This document shows positions 62,601 through 64,000 of a stretch of 64,000 nucleotides of DNA, in pieces. Position 1 is the first letter of the stretch. Every line of letters starts with the position of its first letter. The notes under the pieces are model-generated. The model had not been told where the DNA came from. It ran no database searches and was given only the letters and a program-made list of their open reading frames with translations. Source of the stretch: Thalia democratica (lineage: Eukaryota); contig OZ241831.1 of assembly GCA_965202585.1 (NCBI GenBank), forward strand, positions 12,462,001 to 12,526,000, given 5' to 3'. The position numbers and the translations under genes were made by a program.

Positions 62601-63864
62601 CAAGACGTTAAAAGGTGTCCGTGGTGTGCGACTCGATAACCGAAAGTTTTTTTCGAGCACCAGGTCCTAGGACCAAGTACTTTGAGTGTATTTTATATCG
62701 TTTAATAAACTATATATTGAGCTATTAAACATGTAACTAAAATAAGAATATTATCAGATTCTATTGATACCTTAGATATCTTAATTAATTTTTTTTTTCT
62801 AGTTAGTTAATTAGCATACACTTTAAGTTTTTTTTTCAAAGCATGATTTTTAAAGTTATTTATAACCTTAGTTTGATAACATTTGTTACTTGTTAGTGTA
62901 GACTTTTAAAAGTGCAACCACTTAACCATATAAAACCACAAAATTATCTTTGTGTGTGGATTTACTTTTTTTGGTAGATGCTTATTTAATCTGAAATTCA
63001 ATTTTTGAGTTGCTTAAATACAAAAGTACTTGCAACTTAAATATTCTTTCAGACCATTCGAAGTGATAATTTTAACCACGATATTTGCCAACTGCTGTGC
63101 CTTGGCTTTATGGCAGCCCAAAGAAGATGATAAAATAGATGTGTTGTCTTCAAACAACACTACAGTACATAACACGACAAAAAGCAGTAAAAATGAAATA
63201 CTAGTTAGTTTTGTATTGAAAACTACCATAAAATGTTTTCAATTTATACTTTCTTAACTATCAAAACAACTGATAACTTTAATCATTTGTAAGCTGTAAG
63301 CCGTACAAAAAACTACTTAAAACAAAATATGGTTATGATAATAAATCTACAACATTTTAAATACAAACTTATGTACATTTTATCTACGGCCTAAGTAAAC
63401 AATAAAAAAACTTAACAAAAAAATAATTGAAAAGTAAGTTTTATTTTTTCAAAAACTTGTTTAGCGTCTTTAAAAAGCGATTGCCGTTAAGTCTTTTTTT
63501 TTTACTACTGAATCAAGAAAAAAAACTTAAACATTAAATTGGCAGATAATTTTCTGCATTAGCAGTTTATCGATCCGCATTTTTGCTACTTGTTCCTTAC
63601 AATGTTGTTTTGCAAGTTTATCTCGTCTAGACTTACAAACGTTGTGTTCAAACTTAATCTAGATCTCCTCGTAGCATCAAGTAATTAATTCAAAAACAAT
63701 GTAAACTTTATCTTTACCTTGCAGGAAAAAATAGAGTACGGATTTCTGACCATATTCACGCTGGAGGCGGTGATAAAGATAATAGCTTACGGTTTCGTCA
63801 TCCACCAGAACTCCTACCTCAGGAACCATTGGAACCGGCTGGATTTCGTCATTGTCGTGTTCGG
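35563..63864 (+). CDS. CACNA1C: L-type voltage-gated calcium channel alpha-1 subunit (Cav1), 5' part; continues past window end
   Basis: Spliced exons give DWTTVIEAARK (NSCaTE-like), [41 protein letters not shown] (pre-IS1/IS1) and [23 protein letters not shown]...[11 protein letters not shown] (IS2-IS3). FANC, IEY.FL.IFT.E and AYG indicate Cav1 rather than Cav2. The last three intron phases match my recollection of CACNA1C. The symbol indicates family only; the start exon is inferred. Confidence 0.9.
43187..43212. repeat. (TA)n microsatellite
   Basis: About 13 TA units read directly. Confidence 0.9.
44030..44432. mobile_element. Degenerate hAT-like non-autonomous element with internal ~151-bp tandem duplication
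   Basis: Termini CAGAGTTTCCCAAATT and AGTTTGATAAACCCTA are imperfect inverted repeats. ACTCCAGAATAT..AGTG.AAGTTTCAAATTAT recurs at 44173 and 44324, and TGGCCCC recurs at 44083, 44234 and 44374. No intact TSD. Confidence 0.55.
51415..53200. promoter_or_regulatory. Cluster of CRE/ATF-type motifs upstream of candidate Cav1 exon 1B
   Basis: TGACGTCA at 51453; TGACGTAA at 52311, 53149 and 53183; CGTCA half-sites at 51415, 51427 and 53196. Confidence 0.5.
54759..54894 (+). CDS. Cav1 candidate alternative first coding exon 1B
   Basis: [45 protein letters not shown] then G|GTAGGT donor in phase 1, within a GC-rich island. Confidence 0.5.
57542..57771 (+). CDS. Cav1 exon 2 (Ser/Pro/Asn-rich N-terminus ending DWTT)
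   Basis: Correct frame is [15 protein letters not shown]...AQAKVDWTT, not the 57551 ORF frame; donor ACG|GTGAGT phase 0; acceptor AAAACAG phase 1. Confidence 0.8.
59247..59407 (+). CDS. Cav1 exon 3 (N-terminus to pre-IS1)
   Basis: [10 protein letters not shown]...[22 protein letters not shown], similar to [22 protein letters not shown]; phase 0 to 2. Confidence 0.92.
62590..62681. repeat. Dispersed ~90-bp repeat, copy 2 (inverted relative to 1447-1535), in a Cav1 intron
   Basis: Reverse complement aligns to 1447-1535. Confidence 0.8.
63053..63203 (+). CDS. Cav1 exon 4 (IS1 and extracellular IS1-S2 loop)
   Basis: [26 protein letters not shown]...KNEIL; TTCTTTCAG acceptor and GTTAGT donor; phase 2 to 0. 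Confidence 0.93.
63725..63864 (+). CDS. Cav1 exon 5 (IS2-IS3)
   Basis: [47 protein letters not shown]; TTGCAG acceptor and GTGAGA donor. Confidence 0.95.
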
Positions 63865-64000
63865 GTGAGAATTGAGCGTTTCTTATTGGTAAAAGTTCAA
63901 CTCGCATTTGTGTTCAAAATGGTCGTTATTGGAAACTACCAAAACTTTATTTCAAGTACAAACATAATGTGTAGGAAATTTTGTAATTATTTTTATTATT

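Noticed and set aside
57533-63907. ORFs 57533-57859 (-), 59211-59441 (-), 59296-59505 (+), 63014-63229 (-) and 63677-63907 (-)
   Set aside because: Shadows or off-frames of Cav1 exons.
1-64000. tRNA, rRNA, snRNA and known conserved miRNA genes
   Set aside because: No cloverleaf, rRNA segment or remembered mature miRNA with a hairpin was recognised by eye; an Infernal/Rfam scan would be needed to exclude divergent ones.

Overview
Very AT-rich, intron-containing animal genomic DNA; no prokaryotic features, rRNA, tRNA or CRISPR array were seen. The taxon cannot be fixed from sequence alone (a non-vertebrate metazoan, possibly a tunicate, is inference only). Three genes are supported. (1) At 1-114 on the minus strand is the first coding exon of a secreted protein (signal peptide MSLFNIFVLLASVLVITSA), running off the left edge. 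(2) At 6338-23247 (+) is a hand-assembled 26-exon RGS22/RGSL1-family multi-RGS-domain gene of about 1370 aa, with one junction that does not close in frame. (3) From about 35.5 kb to the right edge (+) is the 5' part of an L-type voltage-gated calcium channel alpha-1 (Cav1) gene, with four well-supported exons (N-terminus with an NSCaTE-like motif, IS1-IS3) and two candidate alternative phase-1 first exons about 19 kb apart. The 25-57 kb interval is a chain of CpG-rich non-coding islands. It includes a CRE-motif cluster, an unexplained 124-codon minus-strand exon-like ORF and a recursive-splice-site-like motif on the minus strand. Non-autonomous DNA transposons (TA-flanked palindromic MITE, hAT with 8-bp TSD, deleted Tigger/pogo, a TIR element with an 18-bp array) and a 135-nt foldback hairpin are also present. 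All exon boundaries were inferred by eye from frame, GT-AG signals and remembered family motifs; no database search was run.
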